Assembly (NCBI GenBank): GCA_946610655.1
Contig: CAMOCH010000002.1
Span: forward strand, 1 to 38,257
Length of the DNA stretch: 38,257 nt
Source of the DNA: an uncultured Clostridia bacterium
GTDB taxonomy: Bacteria; Bacillota; Clostridia; Christensenellales; UBA1242
Reading direction: 5' to 3'
In this document: piece by piece, positions 35,374 to 38,257 of the stretch
How the letters are laid out: each line of letters begins with the position of its first letter
How positions within the stretch are numbered: the first letter of the stretch is position 1
Notes under the pieces: generated by a model
Databases searched by the model: none
What the model saw: the letters and a program-made list of their open reading frames with translations, nothing else
Told to the model about the DNA's origin: nothing
Translations under genes and position numbers: made by a program

Positions 35374-35397
35374 AAAAAAAATGACCTCTCGGTCATT
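35374..35397 (-). terminator. Terminator after metG
   Basis: AATGACC-tctc-GGTCATT hairpin followed by T8 on the minus strand, starting 3 nt after the metG stop. Confidence 0.65.
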
Positions 35398-35399
35398 TA

Positions 35400-36965
35400 T
35401 TATAATTTTGCAAGTTCATCAAGTTCTTTTTGAACATCAAGTCTTGGGAAAAGGATTGGACAATTTTCAAGAGTTTTGCCCTCTTTCATATCATAGAATT
35501 TAGGTTCTCCAATTTTTGCTTCAACACCCAAAATATCCATAACTTTTTTACTAACTTCTGGAAGAAATGCAGAAAGATGAATTGTTCCAATTCTTATTGT
35601 TTCAATCAAGTTTCTTAAAACGGTATCCAAACGTTCTTTCTTTGATGGATCTTTAGCCAAAATGTATGGCTCAGTAACTTCAATATATTTATTTGCTTTG
35701 CTAAACATTGCAAAAATGCTAGTAAGAGCTTTTGAACTATCCAATTTCTTCATATAGTTCTTTGCGTTTTGCTCTTCGGTTAAAACAATGTTGATAAGGT
35801 CTTTATCAAGTGGATCATTTGAATCTTTGTAACTAGGAACAACACTTTGATTATATTTTTTAAGCATTGAAAGTGTTCTTGAAACAAGGTTTCCATAGTT
35901 GTTTGCAAGGTCACTATTAATTCTGTTTAAAAAGCCTTCGGTTGAATATGAACCATCTGAACCAAATGGAATTTCTCTAAGCAAAATATATCTAACAGCG
36001 TCAGCAGTATATCTTGGAGCAAGAATTCTTGGATCAACGCATTCTTTGCTTGCAACTTCTTTACTTTTAGAAAGTTTGTCTCCACCAAAAAGTAACCAGC
36101 CATGACCAAACACTTTTTTAGGAAGTGGAATATCAAGAGCCATAAGCATTGCAGGCCAAATTATTGCATGAAAACGCACAATTTCCTTACCAATAACATG
36201 CACATCTGCTGGCCAATATTTGTTAAACATTTTATCATCAGAAAGATAGCCAACACCTGTTAAATAATTGGTAAGTGCATCAACCCAAACATAAATGGTA
36301 TGATTTTTATCAAAAGGAACAGGAATGCCCCATTTAACACTTGTTCTAGACACGCAAAGGTCAGAAAGCCCTGGTTTGATAAAGTTATTAATCATTTCGT
36401 TTACACGACTTTGTGGTTCCAAAAATTCTGGATTGTTTTTATACAAATCCAAAAGTTTATCACCAAATTGGCTAAGTTTAAAGAAATATGCTTCTTCTTC
36501 TTGGTCTATAACATCACGTCCACAATCTGGGCACTTTCCATTAACAAGTTGACTTTCTGTCCAAAATGCTTCGCAAGGCACACAATATTTTCCTTTGTAG
36601 CTGCCCTTATAAATGTATCCACGATTATAAAGTTCAGTAAACACATGTTGAGCAACTTTAACATGGTCTTCATCTGTTGTTCTGATAAATCTGTCATAAT
36701 TAATGTCCAAAAGTTTCCAAAGTTCTTTTGCATCAGCAATAATTTCATTTAAATATTCCATTTCGGTTTTGCCTGCATCTTTTGCTTTTCCTGCAATCTT
36801 TTGTCCATGTTCATCTGTTCCAGTTAAATAAAAAACATCCTTACCCAAAAGTTTGTTATATCTTGCAATAGCATCACAAACAACAGTTGTATAGCAGTTT
36901 CCAAGAGTTAATTTGTTGCTTGGGTAATAAATTGGAGTTGTTATATAAAATTTTTCTTTTTCCAT
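35400..36965 (-). CDS. metG: Methionine--tRNA ligase (short form without a C-terminal tRNA-binding domain)
   Basis: Trimmed to the ATG at 36965, after [18 protein letters not shown]..., zinc knuckle CVPC...CPDCG, [25 protein letters not shown] and KLSKS. The HIGH position reads TLGN (see findings). Confidence 0.92.
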   Translation of the reverse strand: [521 protein letters not shown]

Positions 36966-36990
36966 TTGTTCACCTTCTAGTATAAAAATC

Positions 36991-37018
36991 AAAAAACCTT
37001 GGATTTACCAGGTTTTTT
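36991..37018 (-). terminator. Terminator after the 103-aa gene, upstream of metG
   Basis: AACC(T)TGG-attta-CCAGGTT hairpin with one bulge, flanked by A6 and T6. Confidence 0.55.
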
Positions 37019-37043
37019 AAAATATTATGACACGCATAATACC

Positions 37044-37355
37044 CTATTTTTTAATTGGTTCATGATAAATAATTTCTTTACCACATTTTTTTGCATAATC
37101 GATTGCTCTTTTTGTTGCTTCACCAATATATCCATCAATGTTAACAACATAAATAGCATCACACACTTCAATTTTTCTGTAATGTGCAATTTCAAGTTTT
37201 TGCATCTCTTCGACATTATCAAGTTTATCAGACTTTTTGCTGTATATACATTGAATAACTGCCCAACCATTTTTGGTTTCAAGTCTTCTTGCAATAACTC
37301 TCATTTGTTTATTGAATTTCATGCTTCCACAAATTGTTACAACTTTAATTTTCAT
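37044..37355 (-). CDS. Small Rossmann-like protein, nucleoside 2-deoxyribosyltransferase-like superfamily (tentative)
   Basis: 103 aa. MKIKVVTICGSMKF...AIYVVNIDGYIGEATKRAIDYAKKCGKEI resembles the ICGS...GYIG...A..GK pattern of NDT-like proteins as I recall it. RBS AAGGAGAA, 11 nt after the SDR stop. Confidence 0.45.
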   Translation of the reverse strand: MKIKVVTICGSMKFNKQMRVIARRLETKNGWAVIQCIYSKKSDKLDNVEEMQKLEIAHYRKIEVCDAIYVVNIDGYIGEATKRAIDYAKKCGKEIIYHEPIKK

Positions 37356-37366
37356 AATTATTCTCC

Positions 37367-38095
37367 TTAATTAAATCCACCATCAACATTGATGACTGAT
37401 CCTGTTATATAGTTTGCTTCTTCACTTGCAAGAAAATACGCAAGTTCTGCAACATCTGTTGGCTGACCTATTCTCCCCAGTGATGTTTGGTCCTGAATGA
37501 TTTTCATATCTTCAATTGAATATCCACTTGTCATGTCTGTTAATATCATTCCCGGGCATATGCAATTTACATTAATGTTTGAAAATCCAACTTCTTTTGA
37601 AATAGCTTTAGTAAATGCAATAATTCCACCTTTGCTTGCGCTATAAACAGTTTCCATGCTTCCACCCGTGTTGCCCCACATTGAAGAAATATTCACAATC
37701 TTTCCATAATTATTGGATATCATTGAAGGAAGAGTTTCTTTTGTTACATAAATTGGTCCAAGCAAATTTGTAAGCATCAAGTTTTCAATTTCATTTGATG
37801 AAGTATCAATCAAAAGTTTTGTTAAACTTATTCCTGCATTATTAACCAAAACATCAATTCTGCCAAAAATTTCAAGTGTTTGCTTAACCAAAATTTTGGC
37901 TTGAACAGGGTCTCCAATATCGGCTCTTATTGCAACTGCACGAACTTTGCCATTATTTAGCTCGTTTGCAAGTTTTTCAGCTTTTTCACGAGAATTTAAA
38001 TAGTTTATAACAACATTATAACCATTTTTAGCAAATTTTCTTGCAATTGCTTCACCAATACCCCTAGATGCTCCAGTGATAAGTGCAGTCTTCAT
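37367..38095 (-). CDS. Short-chain dehydrogenase/reductase, FabG-like (3-oxoacyl-ACP reductase family)
   Basis: Trimmed to the ATG at 38095, after AAGGAGAG. TGASRGIG, NNAG and the S...YSASK catalytic triad pattern. Ends in VDGGF. Confidence 0.85.
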   Translation of the reverse strand: MKTALITGASRGIGEAIARKFAKNGYNVVINYLNSREKAEKLANELNNGKVRAVAIRADIGDPVQAKILVKQTLEIFGRIDVLVNNAGISLTKLLIDTSSNEIENLMLTNLLGPIYVTKETLPSMISNNYGKIVNISSMWGNTGGSMETVYSASKGGIIAFTKAISKEVGFSNINVNCICPGMILTDMTSGYSIEDMKIIQDQTSLGRIGQPTDVAELAYFLASEEANYITGSVINVDGGFN

Positions 38096-38114
38096 ACTCT
38101 CTCCTTGTTTATTT

Positions 38115-38143
38115 ATTATAAAACATGAAACTAAAAAAGTCAA
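38115..38143 (-). promoter_or_regulatory. Candidate sigma-A promoter for the SDR operon (TTGACT-17-TATAAT)
   Basis: Minus strand reads TTGACTtttttagtttcatgtttTATAAT. Confidence 0.55.
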
Positions 38144-38178
38144 AACTTTTAAAGCAAATATCTAAGATGAATAGTAAT

Positions 38179-38200
38179 AAAAAAACAGCCTTTCGGCTGT
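38179..38200 (-). terminator. Terminator after tRNA-Lys
   Basis: ACAGCC-gaaa-GGCTGT hairpin (minus strand) followed by T7. Confidence 0.65.
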
Positions 38201-38204
38201 TGTT

Positions 38205-38257
38205 TGGTGGATCGCCAGGGGTTCGAACCCTGGACCCCCTGATTAAGAGTCAGATGC
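38205..38257 (-). tRNA. tRNA-Lys (anticodon CUU), 3' portion only; truncated by the window edge
   Basis: The reverse complement reads ...TCTGA-CTCTTAA-TCAGG-GGGTC-CAGGG-TTCGAAC-CCCTG-GCGATCC-A-CCA. This gives an anticodon loop with CTT at positions 34-36, a canonical T-arm and an encoded CCA. Confidence 0.85.

Noticed and set aside
36300-36752. 150-aa ORF antisense to metG
   Set aside because: Shadow ORF within the conserved MetRS frame, with no RBS and no motifs.
36966-37043. Looked for a T-box or riboswitch leader upstream of metG
   Set aside because: Only 78 nt are available, and they are occupied by the upstream gene's terminator and the RBS. That is too short for a T-box, which needs roughly 200 nt.
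38096-38143. N-terminal extensions in the ORF track (SDR here; also recG 2005-2040, pta 30154-30207, metG 36966-36992, alr 35328-35339, ylbJ 32200-32283, rnc 26407-26424, trmD, rbgA and the 114-aa ORF)
   Set aside because: In each case the internal ATG is preceded by a good RBS and restores the conserved family N-terminus. The extensions overlap promoters or RBS sequences and are hydrophobic or non-conserved.
1-38257. Alternative genetic code (TGA=Trp, Mollicutes-like), considered because of the low GC and reduced gene content
   Set aside because: All conserved genes are full-length under the standard code, with no truncation at TGA. Stops and starts abut neatly, so code 11 is sufficient.
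1-38257. CRISPR arrays, IS elements or transposases, integrases, prophage genes, toxin-antitoxin or known defence systems
   Set aside because: None seen. There are no spaced direct repeats, no inverted terminal repeats and no ORFs with the relevant motifs. The intergenic space is small and is accounted for by promoters, terminators and leaders.

Overview
This is an AT-rich (roughly 30% GC by eye, not computed), very gene-dense core-chromosome segment of a Bacillota-type genome. It uses the standard bacterial code: all long ORFs are intact with TGA as a stop. About 38 of 41 genes lie on the minus strand. The content is almost entirely housekeeping. It reads as a compacted, rearranged version of the Bacillus subtilis ylo/ylq/ylb neighbourhoods. 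Minus-strand order, from high to low coordinates: tRNA-Lys(CUU, partial) | FabG-like SDR + small NDT-like protein | metG | alr-rsmD-coiled-coil protein | ylbJ(+) | PnuC-like membrane protein | tmcAL(+) | pta-ackA | rpmF | plsX-rnc-smc-ftsY | ylxM-ffh-rpsP-ylqC | rimM-trmD-rbgA-rnhB-yraN | rplS | 114-aa orphan | pcrA-ligA | rpoZ | priA-def-fmt-rlmN-rpe | spoVM | rpmB(+) | asp23-fakA | recG. I saw no CRISPR array, rRNA, transposase or integrase, prophage or recognisable defence genes, and I do not find a convincing novel multi-gene system. The points most worth a second look are: (1) a 24-codon SpoVM-like ORF missing from the ORF track, in the canonical rpe/rpmB slot; (2) a MetRS whose class I HIGH signature reads TLGN; (3) loss of the fapR-fabD-fabG-acpP block at the plsX-rnc junction while FakA is kept, plus absence of coaBC, coaD, prkC/prpC, rsgA and rsmB from their conserved slots; (4) several small proteins of unknown function (114 aa, 156 aa coiled-coil, 103 aa NDT-like, 261 aa membrane protein); (5) regulatory oddities, namely a relocated rplS with its own promoter and leader, candidate leaderless recG and ylbJ, and intra-cluster terminators. 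All functional calls rest on motif and synteny recognition by eye; no searches were run.
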